Source: Nymphaea colorata
Taxonomy: Eukaryota
Direction of reading: 5' to 3'
Length of the DNA: 64,000 nt
Assembly (NCBI RefSeq): GCF_008831285.2
Contig: NC_045138.2
Location: forward strand, 3,968,001 to 4,032,000
The notes under the pieces were generated by a model. It saw nothing but the letters and a program-made list of their open reading frames with translations, did no database searches and was not told the DNA's origin. Positions 1-13,300 of the stretch are shown piece after piece. Numbering within the stretch: the stretch's first letter is position 1; each line of letters opens with the position of its first letter. The position numbers and the translations under genes are program-made.

Positions 1-1522
1 ACGTTGGATTTAAGTTATAGTAAAATTGAAGAGGTGCCCGAGGAAATAGGTAAACTATGCAACTTGAGGTATCTGGGCTGGAAGGTACAGAGGAATTGAA
101 AATTGTAGCCGAAGGCTTGGGGAAGCTTACCAATTTGCAGACCTTAAAAAGGTTTCTTTTATGCAATGACAAAGAGGATAGAAGAGGATGTAATATAAGG
201 TACTAAAAGACTTGAACAACCTAACGGGAAAATTGCTCCATAGAAGGTTTGGGGGCTGCTAGAAAGGAAGTCAATTTAGGAGAAGCCCAATGCTTAAGGA
301 GAAGCATCTTCTAACTGGTTTGAAATTTGACTTTGAGGAACAACATGATGACAAAGTTGCTGATGCTTCTGAACAGAGTTGTATACTGGAGGCTTTGGAA
401 CCTCCACATTGCCTCAAGAACTTGAAGATACGTCATTATAAAGGAGAGATGCCAAGTTGGTATTTGAAGACCGACTACACCAAGCTGCGGATATTGAAGC
501 TAGAAAATGCCCTTTATCGGAAAAACTAATAAGCATTACTTCATTGGAAAAACTAGAGCTCAATAAATGCCCAGCAGTGTGTGAAATAGCGAGCATGCCT
601 TCTCTCAAATCCTTGAAGATTGGGAGCTGTGATGGACTCAACACAATTGGTCATGACATGCCTGCCTTGAGTCATTGGAGGTGGACGGATGTGGTAGACT
701 AGAGCAAGTAGCTGATGATCACATGCCAGCTTTGAAGATGTTGAATTGACTAATCTGAAGGCTGTGAAGCAGCTTCCTACTCATCTTCCTTCACTTGAGG
801 TACTGACAGTACAGGATTTGCCCAATTGGGAGGGATGGCCAGCAATTGGATCGAGGGAAACAACAATTTCTATGCCACGCTTAAGAGAGGCGGGTCTTGA
901 AAATTGTCCAAAGATGCAAACACAAGGCTTGCTTTATGCTCTATCCGAGCAGGAGCATGACTATGAGCCTCGGCTCCAAGAATTAAGAGTGTGGGATTGC
1001 CCAAGTGCAAGATTGGGATGGAAATTGCTCAAGCAATTGCCTAACCTCACTGACTTGAGATTGGATAGGGAAGCTTTGGAATCTACACTGCCATCGCCAT
1101 TGCCATCAGAAGTATCAACGTTTCTACCCTCCCTTGAGCATCTAACTTTGACAGACGCGAATGTTGATAAGCTAAAATGGGGAAGGGTGCCTGAGTGGGT
1201 GTGGGGTCTCTCCCAACTAGATTCATTAGGCCTGCAAGGTTTCACTGAGGAGATCAGCTTGGGAGGCCACTGGCAGTGTCTACAAGAACTGGTGCGTCTG
1301 GAGCTTTATGACTTTCCAATCTCAAGTCCCTGGTGGACATCAATAATACTACTTCCCTACAAATGATGCAGTAGCCACAACAAGTCCCACGGATGCAAAG
1401 GAACAGCTTGCTTGCCTCTTGAATCTTGAAGACCTAGTTGTTTCCTGCTGCCCCGCAGTCGATCTGCCGCAAGAATTAAGGACTCTCTTGAGGACAGGTT
1501 ACACATAGAAACAGAAAGGGCT
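1..1522 (+). pseudogene. NLR (CC-NB-LRR) pseudogene, LRR half; runs off the left edge of the window
   Basis: Fragments in several frames (AEGLGKLTNL, LEALEPPH, CDGLNTIG, LKWGRVPEWVWGLSQL, ISLGGHWQCL) are colinear with the LRR of 22691-26245. Multiple frameshifts and stops. The 3' flank also resembles that of the intact gene. Confidence 0.9.
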
Positions 1523-1895
1523 TGAGGTGCTGTTGTATCATTTTGAGGTGCTGTTATATCACGTTCCTGAAATTTTTTAGTTCATTTTAATTGTCTGAAA
1601 TGTGTGTGGTGTTTAAAATTGAAGACAGGTTGTAACTATTGTTTAGTTAAATATGAATTTTCGCATTTCATCTGCTCTTTTCTCTCTCTCCCTTGTTCGA
1701 TTTGGATCTTACAAATTTCTTATGTTATGTTTTCCGTGTCCAAAAGTAGAGAAAATGCGTAAAAATCAATAGATTGCAACTGTTGTCAGCAAATGTGTCT
1801 GAAGTTGGAGAGTGTGCTTCTTTGTTTTTTTCTCAGCAATCCTTAATGATGGATTGGTTAGATGGCTGGATGAGTCCCACAACCGAGAATTACCA

Positions 1896-1896
<1 letters not shown>

Positions 1897-1955
<59 letters not shown>
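1897..1955. repeat. compound (CT)n(GT)n microsatellite
   Basis: Seen directly. Confidence 0.95.
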
Positions 1956-1958
<3 letters not shown>

Positions 1959-2833
1959 CCAAGTCTGTTGGATCCATATTTAAACCTGGAAGGTAACTAG
2001 CATAGAAGATCACTACCTATTGTATTGCCATAAACATTGCTTTCTAAGAAGGCATGTATTCGATCATACATGATTTGCCAGCCTATGTCTGAATGAAAAA
2101 TTTTTAATTTATGTCACACCTTTTAATATTGTAATGAGTAAGGAGATCTCCAGTACATACCAGTACTTACTCTTCATTTGATTATGCCCAATATCTAGAT
2201 AATTTTCAAACTTGGACATAAATAAGATTGCTCCAAATCTTAGGATGTTAATGAAGTGTTTGCCTCACAAAATCTAAAAAGGTTCAAGACTTTCCTTTAA
2301 TTTGGTTACTACACCTAATTAGAGGTTCATCTCATCTTAAACTTCTTATATGAGTGTTCAATATAAAAAAAAAAACATGTATTTATTGAAGCATGAAAAA
2401 ATATGCATCCCTAAAAATTCCTTTTTTGATGTTTATGTCCAAGTGTCAGTAAAAAGGAAGCTTTACTGATGGATACTGTATCTTTGTCAGTAAAAATTCG
2501 TGCCTTTGGGAAGTTCCGAAGAAAGAAGTCTATAGCAGTGACCATGGTTTGACAGAAGAAAGAAGTCTACAGTAGTGATAATATCCACCGATATAGGTCT
2601 AGAGCGTTGCCTAGAACGAACATTACTGGCGTTTCAAGGAAGAGTCAATAAAGATGTGTATCTATACGACGGATCTGCGCAAAGTGAATGTTTGGTGGGT
2701 TTTTTTTTGGAAGAAATCTATAGCGGGGAAAATGGTCACTGGTAGAGCTTAAAGTTCCATATAAGTCAATCAGTACCGACGTGGCTCTTGAAGCACCTTA
2801 TGTGTATGTGTGTGTGTGTGTAGAGCGCATGCC

Positions 2834-4739
2834 TGTAATCACCCCAATTTTTTTTAAAAAAATAATCCTCTTTTATTAAAAACACAAAACCTAATTTTTG
2901 GATTTAAATTGGTCCAAAGCCACAATCCAAATCCAAATTAGATCCAAAAACCCAAGTTCAAATCCAAATCAAACATTTGAGAACCATTTGCCCTTCCTTT
3001 TAACAAAAAGGCCTCCTTTTAGACGGTGATTTTAGTCTTTTTGGTAAACAAGACCCATTTGCCCATCCTTTTTTATAAAGAACTTCCTTTTAGAAGGTAA
3101 TTTTGGTCTTTTTGGTAAACAAGACTCATTTGTCCCTCCTTTTTAACAAAGAACCTCCTTTTAGAGGGTAATTTTAGTCTTTTTGGTTGGACAAGACCAA
3201 TTTGCTCTTTCTTTTGACAAAAAGTCTTCTTTTAAAGGGTGATTTTAGTCTTTTTGGGTGGACAAGACCAATTTGTCATTTCTTTTGACAAAAAATCTCC
3301 TTTTAGTGGGTGATTTTAGTCTTTTTAGGTGGATATGACTCATTTGCCCTTCCTTTTGACAAAAAGTCTCATTTTAGAGGGTGATTTTAGTCTTTTTGGG
3401 TAAATAAGACTAATTTGCCATTTCTTTTGACAAAAAGTCTTCTTTTAAGGGTGATTTTAGTTTCTTAGTCAAAAAATTCAAATTTTGGGTTTTGGCTCTA
3501 AAATCCTCTATAAATGCCCCCCACTTCTCCCTCTTGGGCAAAAGTTAACCTTAGGAGAAACCGTAGAGTATTCTCACTTGAAGACTTGGGATTTCTCTTG
3601 AGCTCTTTGTCTCTCCCTCTTCCTCTTTCACTCCTCTCCAACTTGGAGCAAGCCACAACCCTCTTGGAGGCATCATCTTGGAGTTTCACTCAAGGGAATA
3701 TTCAATATAGGGTGTTCATTTTTCCAAAAGTTATTCTCACTAGAGGTATGTAATCAATATCTCATCTCTTTCTTTCTTCATTTTCTCTATTCTTCATCCC
3801 CCCTTGGCAAAAGGAGATAGCACTTAACCTCTTTTTAGAAAAAAGAGGCTATGCTCAAGTGCACCGGGAGCATTGAAAGATGAGATAATCTTTCATTTCA
3901 TGATTGAATCATATTTTCCCTTTTTTTGAATGTAGCATTGTCTTCCTTTCTTCATTTTCTTCTCATCTTTATCTCCCTATGGCCAAAGGAGATAGCACTT
4001 AATCTCTTCTTAGAAACAAGAGGCTATGATCAAGTACACCGGGAGCACGGAAAGATGAGATGATCTTTTATTTCATAGTTATATTATGCTCTCCTTTCTA
4101 GTTGAATCTTTCTCTTCCTATCATTCTCTCTTTCTCTCTCTCTCTCTTTCCTTCCTTGAATATTGTTCATGTATCATCCATGCATAGTTGTTTGGATTTC
4201 CGTCTATATGTGAATGTATGGTGAGAATGAGAGTATGATTTGGGGATTCTTTATCCTCATATTGATTTTTGAGGTTGGGACTTGTCCAACCCAGAGAAAC
4301 CCTCACGAATATTTACATGTTAATATGCATTTGCATGACATTTTACGTTAGTTTCCTTTTAATCATCCCATTTAGAACCCTAATGAGCATCTTATTGTAT
4401 GATTTGTTTCCTTCCATACCCAACGGTAGAAGAAATATATTCCTTGTAGCAAATTAAATCATAACATTCTATGTTTTTATATAAATCATATTTTTTAAAA
4501 CATTTTCAAAAGAAATCTCTCTAATGGGCCTTGGAGACTTAGCTTAAGCTCTTGTATGAGTTCAAGCTCCCTTCCGGCCTATATCAAAATTTGAAGATTG
4601 CTATTTTCAAATCATTCCTTAATTTTCATATTCATGAAAACGTATGCGTATATACATGTTATATACGTATGCATGCACAAAAATATCTTTATTTGTTGTT
4701 TCTCTTTCTATGATTTAACATACATTTATAAACTCTCGT

Positions 4740-4788
<49 letters not shown>

Positions 4789-5740
4789 GTGTATTCCATT
4801 TTAAAATCTCTCTTTCTGATCTTCTCTTCTCTACTTGATATAATATCATTTTCATAAGCTTTTATATATGTATACAAATACATATCTTTCTTTTTCAAAA
4901 CATGTGATTTTATGATTTTCAAGATCTTTTTCTTTCTCGATATCCCTCTTTGGATGTAGTCCTTCATCTTTTTCATTCTTCCAATATCTTACCATTTAAG
5001 ATTTTAATTTTTAATTTACCGACTTCATTAAGACCACAAACCAAGTAATGACCCAATATTGGAATCATGCTTGATGGTCTACAATCTCTATCCATTTTAA
5101 AAACTTTTCCTTCTTATATACAATAATTATAACAACGAAACTTAGATGTATGTTGGTAGAATGACTTAGATGTTGTGGTAGGAATGACTTTAGATGAATG
5201 TTGTGGTAGAAATGTTTTACATTCTTTCAATCATATAAGGTAAATGCATTTATGCATTCTCACCAACTTTATTTCACTTATGATCACAAGCACCTCTCCA
5301 AAAGAACTTAAGCAAGAAGGGATGAGCTCTAGATAGGTGGTAACCAAATTAGAGCAAAATCTCAAACCTACTTAAAGTCTTAAGAGAACACTAAAGTGAT
5401 TTGAAAATGATTTCACAAGTTTTTCAAATGATATTTACTAGTTTCACTTTTTCCTTAAAACATTTCACATTTTCAAGCAATACTTCAAGAACTTTTTCAA
5501 AAGTTTGAAACTTCAAACTTTCAATATTTTCTACACCGCATATAGAATCAAGAAGATGTTTAAGTTAAAACGAAATGCATCAATGATAAACATAGTCCTT
5601 GGGTTGATTACCCCCGGTAAAGGTGCTGGGAACGGTCGATCCTCGTACCAATGGGCAAGTCCCTTTCTTTTCTCTTTCAAAACAAAAACCTCATTTTTCT
5701 AGAGCACTCCAAAACCAATGAAAATTTTGGGATGCAAACA
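2834..5740 (+). repeat. 5' LTR (~2.9 kb) with ~60-bp tandem array (~2985-3475) and TATA box CTATAAAT (~3508)
   Basis: TG...CA ends. Homologous to 46669-49951, 54170-57201 and 60486-63448. Confidence 0.92.
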
Positions 5741-5742
5741 GA

Positions 5743-5760
5743 TGGCGACCGTGATGGGAC
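5743..5760 (+). promoter_or_regulatory. primer-binding site TGGCGACCGTGATGGGAC (probably tRNA-Arg)
   Basis: Starts TGG 2 nt after the LTR CA. TGGCGAC is the tRNA-Arg-type PBS typical of Ogre elements. Recurs at 37546-37563, 54150-54167(-) and 60466-60483(-). Confidence 0.85.
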
Positions 5761-8700
5761 CCGTCATCGTTTGGCTATGATTATAATTGATGCATTTTTA
5801 CTATCTTGAACATCCCACATATTGCCAATGATAAAGCATGTCCCCTATTTTGATATTGACCCCATTGGCACTTCATTGCATTGCTTGGTGATTGTGCTTT
5901 CTTTCATTCAAATAAGACTAATTGAGGAGGATTAATCATGTTCACCTAGATTTAGTATCAAATACAACCCTCCTTAATTTAAGAGTTGTTTGAAGACAAT
6001 GTTTGTTGTTCTTCTTATTTTAATCATCATCTTAGGTAACATTGCATTAGAGACAACTCATTTTACATGATTTCTTATATTTTAAAATTTTTGATACCTA
6101 TTTTGTCCCGGTTATCGTGTTGTCGGGCTTAGCTTAGGCGGTAGCACAAGATTAAGCTTTACAACTAGACCACACCTTGGGCGGGAAAACCCCTCATTAG
6201 TACCATGAGTGGTAATTTGTGGTATATCAACGAGTGTTCAGGAAGAAGTTGATAAACCTTACCCTTAGTTGCCAAATGAAGAAGTCTATGCTCGTACTAA
6301 GCCTCTTGGCTAAGGTATATTGGCATATCTTATATGAAATAATTATACTCAATCAAACCCAATTCAATTAGGGTCCTATGCTCCTTTTCCAAATATATGC
6401 ATGATAAAGGTGACTTTAAAAAATGTTGGATGTTTATCATTGTATGATGATTGCATGTGTGTCTTCCATACAATCTTTGATCAATTGAATAATTGTACAT
6501 TCTATTTTTTTTATTTAAATTAATGTCTTCTTCGATCATCTCTATATAATTTTCAACATGATCACACCATAAGCTCATGCTTTACCCCTACTACCTAAAT
6601 GACATTGTTTTTTTCAAATATTGTCATCTGTTTTTCTGAATCACTTCAAGACCTACATTTTCAATCTCTCATCTATTCATTTGTCCAACTTCATTTTAAA
6701 CATGATAGCCAGTTATTGGCTCAATTACGAACTTTGCTTGACTTAGGTCATGCATTCTTTTGCTCTCATTTTAGCCAAATATTTTCCAAGTTTCAATACC
6801 TATGATGTGTCTTTCCTCACATTTTATTATTTTCATAATTTCATTGGATCATCAACTATTCCTTGGCAAGTCTACTTCTCTAGAGTTGCTTCAAAATCTA
6901 CATTTTACATTGTCTATCCCTTATTTATTTGTCTGACTTCATATTCTTGAACATGATGGCCACCTATTGGCCCAATTATCAACTCACTTGCCTCAAGTCA
7001 TGCATTATTTTTTTTCCTCATAACTTTCTAGCTTCAATGCACATAGTGTGTCTTTCTTTCCATGGGTCATCAATTATTCTTTGACAAGTCCATCTTTTTG
7101 AATTGCTTTAAAATGTACATTTCATCATACTTTGTCAATCTCTCATTTATTTGTCTTACCTCATGTTTCTCATGTTTTCTAACTCAATTACCAACTTTGG
7201 TTGGCTTAGGTCATACATTCTTTTTCTTATCCTTAATACTCATAGGGTGTAATTCTTTGTATTTTACTACTCCATAAGTTGGGACATCGATTGCTCTTTG
7301 TCAATCCATCAGTTATTTGTCTGGAATTACATTCTTAAGCGTGACTCTGCTTGACAATTTTCTAGCATCAACACCCATAGTATATCTTTCTCCTTATTTT
7401 ATTACTTTCAAGATTTCATTGGGCTATTATTTTATTCCCAATTGAATGCCAATTTTTGCTTTACTCGATTATACTCTATTTTCAATTGTTAGACATGCAT
7501 GAATGAAACATCATGTATTGATAAATTGCTCATAATTCTCTTTATCTTCCTCTATTATCAACTTGATATCTTTCTATGAGAATCACTATTTACCGAGCAT
7601 ATTTCTACAATATATTTCTTTTATACAAGCTTTCTCCCAATTGCATGTCAAAATTGTTTTATGTTGAAGCTCAGACATGTGATATTACCTTTCACACTTA
7701 CATATCACTTTTCTTAATCTAATTTTGTCTATTCATTCTATTGAGGCAACTTCCATTAGTGTCTCCGCCTCAACCTCAGTCAGTGATCAACATGTGCTTG
7801 ACTCGGGCCATACATTTTTTTGTTTCCACACTTATATTTAGCACAATAAGTTTTTGGCTTCAAAACATATGGTGTGTCTTTCTACCATTTTTTTACTTCC
7901 ATGATTTTATTAGGTCATCATTTACTCCAAGATTTTTACTAATGCTCTGATTACATTCTATTTTCAATCGTTGGACATCTAATTTTTGACTCATTCATTC
8001 ACCTTGGTTCAATCTATATCTTCTTGAGTCAAACCTCATATATATATACTCTACTTGAGATTTAATTATTTCGAAATTGAGATGTTCCATTTTCCTATAT
8101 TATCAACTTGATATCTCGCTATGAAAATTTTCATCTACCGATCATATTCTTATAACAAATTTCTCTCCTACAAGCTTTGTCTCAATTTCTTCACCTCAAG
8201 ACAAAACACAAATTCTTGCATACCAAAGTTCATATATATGTCATTACCTTGCACCCTCATTTCCATGTTAAGGGAACATATACCTCATTTTTAAAATTTT
8301 GTTCATACTTTATTTGATTGAGGCAATTTTCATTACTTTCTTCGCCTCAGTCTCAATCCAAGACATCAACCTTTTATCTTCTACCCAGCATTCTATTTTG
8401 AATAAGATCCTATCAATCATGGAAATTGTTAATACTGGGACATTTTTTTTAATATTTCAAGGATATTTCTAAATATCTTTTGCGACAAATATTTTTCATG
8501 AACAATTATCATTGTCCATAGAAAAAGAGATCATATCCCAATCAAATCAAGCAGTTGTTAAGGTAAAGATTTGATCAAGCACAATCCGGCCGCTAGGCTC
8601 GGAGCTTTCTAAAAGCTAGCTCAACCATGTCACTAGACAAGAGATTTTTATGGAGCAAGCACAACTTGGCCGTTTGGCTAAGGGCTTTTTCAAATCTAGC

Positions 8701-8919
8701 TCAACCCAAACGCTAGTTTGGGGAATTTTAACAAGTTCAAAATCCAGCCTTGGGTGAAAACAAAAATTTCACCAAAAGGCACTCAAGGTGATAGGAAATT
8801 TTCTTGTCACAACCAATGAAGGAACAATAGGGTCTCAGCCATTGCTTCAACAAAGGTGTTCGAGGTGATGAAGGTTATTTCCTGTCATTGCCACTTGTTT
8901 TTTTACAACACATTCAGGA

Positions 8920-9285
8920 AAGGGGTTAAACCTGAAACTATGGACCAAAGAGCAACCCACGCAGGCAAGGGGTTAAACCTGCAATGCAAGCCAAAACAAC
9001 CCACGCAGGTAAAGGGGTTAAACCTGCACTGCAAGCCAAAGCAACCCATGTAGGTAAAGGGGTTAAACCTGCACTACAAGTCAATGCAGCCCACACTAGT
9101 AAGCTTTTGAACCTGCATGCTAACGCAATGCACACAGGTAAGGGTTTGAACTTGCAATGCGAGCCAAGGCAACCCATTTCAGGAGGTTAAACCTGTATTC
9201 AATATTGGCAAACCCATGCAGGAAAGGGGTTAAACCTGCAATATAAGCTCAAACAACCCATTCAGGTAAGGGGTTAAGCGTGAAA
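8920..9285 (+). repeat. ~39-40-bp tandem array (GGGGTTAAACCTGCA...CAACCCA.GCAGG) in the retrotransposon 3' UTR
   Basis: Seen directly. Same array at 46290-46570 and 57300-57665(-). 3'-UTR tandem arrays are typical of Ogre/Tat elements. Confidence 0.9.
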
Positions 9286-9379
9286 CATCTCTCCAAAAAT
9301 GTTTTGTTTGAAAAATTTGTGGTGCTTATCTTTGTCACTAAGCACGGTTAGCACCGGCTCAGTAACAAAGAGGGGCATC

Positions 9380-10292
9380 TATAATCACCCCAAATTTTTT
9401 TTAAAAAAATAATGCCCTCTTTTATTAAAAACACAAAACCTAATTTTTGGATCTAAATTGGTCTAAAGCCACAATCCAAATTCAAATTAGATCCTAAAAC
9501 CCAAGTTCAAATCCAAATCAAACATTTGAGAACCATTTGCCATTCCTTTTAACAAAAAGGCCTCCTTTTAGAGGGTGATTTTGGTCTTTTTGGTAAACAA
9601 GACCAATTTGCCCCTCTTTTTTTATAAAAAACCTCCTTTTAGAGGGTAATTTTAGTCTTTTTGGGTGGATAAGACTAATTTGCCATTTTTTTGACCAAAA
9701 AACCTCCTTTTAAAGGGTAATTTTAGTCTTTTTGGGTAGACAAGACCAATTCGCCCTTCTTTTTGATCAAAAAACCTCCTTTTAGAGGGTAATTTTGGTC
9801 TTTTTGGTAAACAAAACCAATTTGCTCCTCTTTTTTTATAAAAGACCTCATTTTAGAGGGTAATTTTAGTCTTTTTGGGTGGATAAGACCCATTTGCGCT
9901 TCATTTTGACCAAAAAACCTCCTTTTAAAAGGTAATTTTAATCTTTTTAGGTGGACAAGACCGATTTGCCCTTCCTTTTGACCAAAAAAATCTCCTTTTA
10001 AAGGGTGATTTTAGTTTTTTTTGGTCAAAAAATTCAAATTTTGGGTTTTGGCTCCAAAATCCTATATAAATACCTTCGATATCCCACATCTTGGGCAAGA
10101 TTGGCCCTTGGGAGAAACTCTAGTGTATTCTCACTTGAAGACTTAGAATTTCTCTTGAGCTCTCTCTCTTTCTTGCTCTTCTTCTCTCCATTTCCCTCTC
10201 CAACTTGGAGCAAGTTACAACTCTCTTGGAGGCATCATCTTGGAGTTTCACTCAAAGGGGATTTTCAAGTGAACCTCTCTATTTTTCTTAGG
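9380..10292 (+). repeat. truncated 3' LTR (first ~0.9 kb)
   Basis: TATAATCACCCC follows the PPT; ~60-bp array; TATA near 10065; LTR homology is lost near 10292. Confidence 0.85.
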
Positions 10293-10852
10293 AGTGAAAC
10301 CAGGAGGAGTAGATGAATTCATCTTGTTGGCATTGGCACATAGCTCCATGTCATCACCCAAACCCGTCGTCATCTTTTCTAGCATAGATTTGATGGGAGT
10401 GTGCATTACTTTTTATACTTTGCTTGGTGGTTCAGGGATCCCCTTGTCATATTGGAGAGTAAAGTAGTTATCTTTAAGTGGTGGAGAAGGGCCAGCGTCT
10501 TCTTCATCCACATTACTGTTCGCAGTCTGCAGAAGACCGAACTTATTGTGTAATCATTTTCCCACAGCTTTGCTGTTAATCCATGGCTTTCTTTTTGGTA
10601 GGTGAAACACTCTAGTAGACATGTGTACCATAGATTCACTCAAATCCTGAAGCAACCCTTAATGAAGGGGGAGGTCTTCTATTCATGTCCGGGTTGCTTC
10701 CACTCACTTATGTAACCCAATCTCTAGATATCTCACAAAGACAACTTCTACAAACGATAAAAATCTATTTAGTAGTACGCTTTCCTATCAAAGAAGTACT
10801 TATTGGCGACAAATTGGTAGGGACCATGCCAAACCCGAGCTGCCCTACAATA

Positions 10853-10917
<65 letters not shown>

Positions 10918-11589
10918 GATTAGCCCGGCCTTCTTCCTTTTCCACCCAAACCTTCTTCCTTTTCACCTGACGGCTGACCTTCACCCGACGAGTGATGGCG
11001 GGTGGCAGTGATGACTTTCGGCGACGTCCGGTCGTTGCCGGCAGCAATCGGCGACGGACAGGTAAGTGGGTTTTTTTTCTTGTCAAGTTTAACTGTGTTC
11101 TTCATTTTGGGGTTTTTTAAGGTTTCAGATTTTGTAACTCATTAACTTTTTGTTGCATGATGCGTGATGTGTGATGGGTTGTTCGTTGATCTTCGTTGGT
11201 AACTCTCTAAATAACCATAGATAAAACTGATGATGCTCTTTTAGACACTTGTAATTTGACAAGAAGCACTTATTGCTGAGAAATTCCAATTTTAAGTGCA
11301 TTTCAAAAGCTTGTATCTTCTACAGGCGGTGATCTTGCTAATCTATCCGCTGCTTGCATCATTCAGTGCTAATCGATTTTCCAACAGTTCAGCGGTTCTA
11401 CTGCTGAATCTACTGGTTCGACATGGGCCATAACAGAGATGGTCCTTTAAATTTTGGTGATATAAAAAGTCAAGTTAGTCAACAAACCATCAGGTCCATC
11501 ACGAAGATCAACGAACAACCCATCACGCTTGCTGTTGTAGTGTTGTATGACACTTAGAAATTATAGTTTAATTTCTATACTATATACTA

Positions 11590-13300
11590 TATTTTATGCT
11601 AATTGTACACCATTTAATGTAGCTAGAAGTCCATTTTGGAGAGATTTAGTTACATTTATTGTAAATTCTAACTTGTCTGGTTATGTTCCCCCTAGTTTTG
11701 AAAGGCTTCGTACTGTACTACTAGAACAACAAAAGGCTCAAGTGAATTAATTGTTAGAGTATCCAAAGGTAACTTGGGAGCGACGTGGAGTTTCTATTGT
11801 TTCTGATGGCTGGACAGATTTGCAAAGGTGCCCTCTTATTAATTTCATTGCAACTTTAACAAATTCACCAATTTTCTTATAGATGCTCTCTTATTAATTT
11901 CATTGCAACTTTAGCAAATAGACCAATTTTCTTAAAAACAATAGATGCATCTGGTGAATAATAAATTGCTGAATATTTGAAATGATTGTTTATGGAAATG
12001 ATTGAAGAAGTGAGAAAAGAGAAGGTTGTTCAAATAATAACAGACAATGCACTTGTATGTAGAGCAGTTGGAATTGCAATAGAACATGAGTACCCTCATA
12101 TGTTTTGGACTCCTTGTGCAATCCACAACTTAAATTTGGCTCTAAAGAGTATATGCAATCCACCAAGTAAAGAGCAAGACCCTCAAGCTTATGAATTATG
12201 TTCATGGATTGAAGACTGAGAAAAAGATGTGAGGAACATTAGAAATTTCATAGTAAATCATCAACGTGCACTTTCCATTTATAACAAACATTCTAATCTA
12301 AAATTGTTAAGAGTTGCATAGACACATTTTGCATCCTTAATTGTTATGGTCAAAAGGATAAAAATGGTTAAAAGTGCATTGATCAGTATGGTGACTGATG
12401 ATGATTGGAATTTTTATCATGCTGATGATGATGACAATGCTTAAGCACTCAAAAGACTGATTCTTGAAGACAAGTGGTGGGATAAAATCATTTATTTTCT
12501 TGCGTTCACATAGCCTATTTGGGCGATGTTGAGAGTTCTTGATTGTGATAATTCAATATTGCACTGTGTTTATGAGATGTGGGACACAATGATTGAAAAA
12601 ATTCAAGGCGTCATTTTTAAGCATGAGAAAAAAAATATTGCCACTTGAAGATTCAACATTTTTTTATCATGTGCATAAAATATTGATTGCAAGATGGGAT
12701 AAAAGTAGCAATCATCTTCAATGCATGACACATACATTAAATCTTAAATATTATGGAAAAAAGTGGCTTGTTGAGGGTATTGGAAGAACCCCAATACATC
12801 AAAATCGTCAAGCTAATGATGAGTTTGAAAGGTTTACTACTGGAATTGGAGAAGATGTATGTGCAACTGCAGATAAAGATGATTATCCATCTATATCTTG
12901 GTGGATTAAACATGGATTTACTTCTCCTACTCTTCAATACCTTGCTTTCATATTACTAGTTCAACCTGCTACATCTTCATGCCGTGAGAGAAATTGGAGT
13001 ATATATTCACAAATCCATACTATCAAACGAAATAATCTCACAAGCAAACGTGCGAAAGATTTGGTTTATGTGCATTCTAACCTTCGACTTCTATCACGAA
13101 GCAAAAAAGAATACAGGTAAATAAGTATATAATTTATCGATTTAGACGTTTCTCTTCTGAGTTATTATTAGCTAATATCATAATAATTACAATTATTTTT
13201 TTTTGTCCTTTAGGGAAGGAGAAACTAAATCTTGGGACGTGAATGTTGAGGTCTTTAACTTAGAAGACGACAATGAACTTGAAGTTGTTAATTCAAGATT
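11590..13300 (+). pseudogene. hAT-superfamily transposase remnant (DUF659 region + hAT C-terminal dimerisation domain)
   Basis: FYAN.TPFNVARSP..GYVPPS.E.LRT.LL; SIVSDGWTD; VVQIITDNA; FWTPCA.H.LNL; WW..HG..P.LQ.LA..LL.QPA.SS.ERNWS; KRN.L..DLVYVHSNLRLL. Many stops; GT..AG intron ~13117-13213. GC-rich subterminal-like end CGCACCCATGTGACATAG at 13552-13569. Confidence 0.88.

Larger units (their letters stand above)
2834..10292 (+). mobile_element. non-autonomous LTR retrotransposon (LARD-like) of the local Ogre family, 3' LTR truncated
   Basis: TGTAATCACCCC...GATGCAAACA LTR, PBS, ~3.6-kb AT-rich non-coding interior, PPT AAAGAGGGG at 9367-9375, second LTR from 9380 breaking off near 10292. Leader and 3' end are homologous to the coding element at 37543-46668. 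Confidence 0.9.

Noticed and set aside
2985..3475. CRISPR-like look of the ~60-bp and ~40-bp arrays
   Set aside because: Degenerate head-to-tail repeats without unique spacers, inside a eukaryotic retrotransposon, with no cas genes.
5505..5702. Recurrent small ORFs (MKLQTFNIFY.., ..VFSLEDL.FLLSS.., MPMIKHVPYF..) in many copies
   Set aside because: They recur only because they lie in LTR/leader copies; starts are often non-ATG and stops vary between copies.
2834..6330. Retrozyme (hammerhead-carrying non-autonomous LTR element)
   Set aside because: No CTGANGA...GAAA core with flanking stems seen, and the LTRs are far longer than retrozyme LTRs.
10293..10760. Coding-like stretch on the minus strand after the truncated LTR
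   Set aside because: No recognisable motif; may be a decayed retroelement piece, needs BLASTX.
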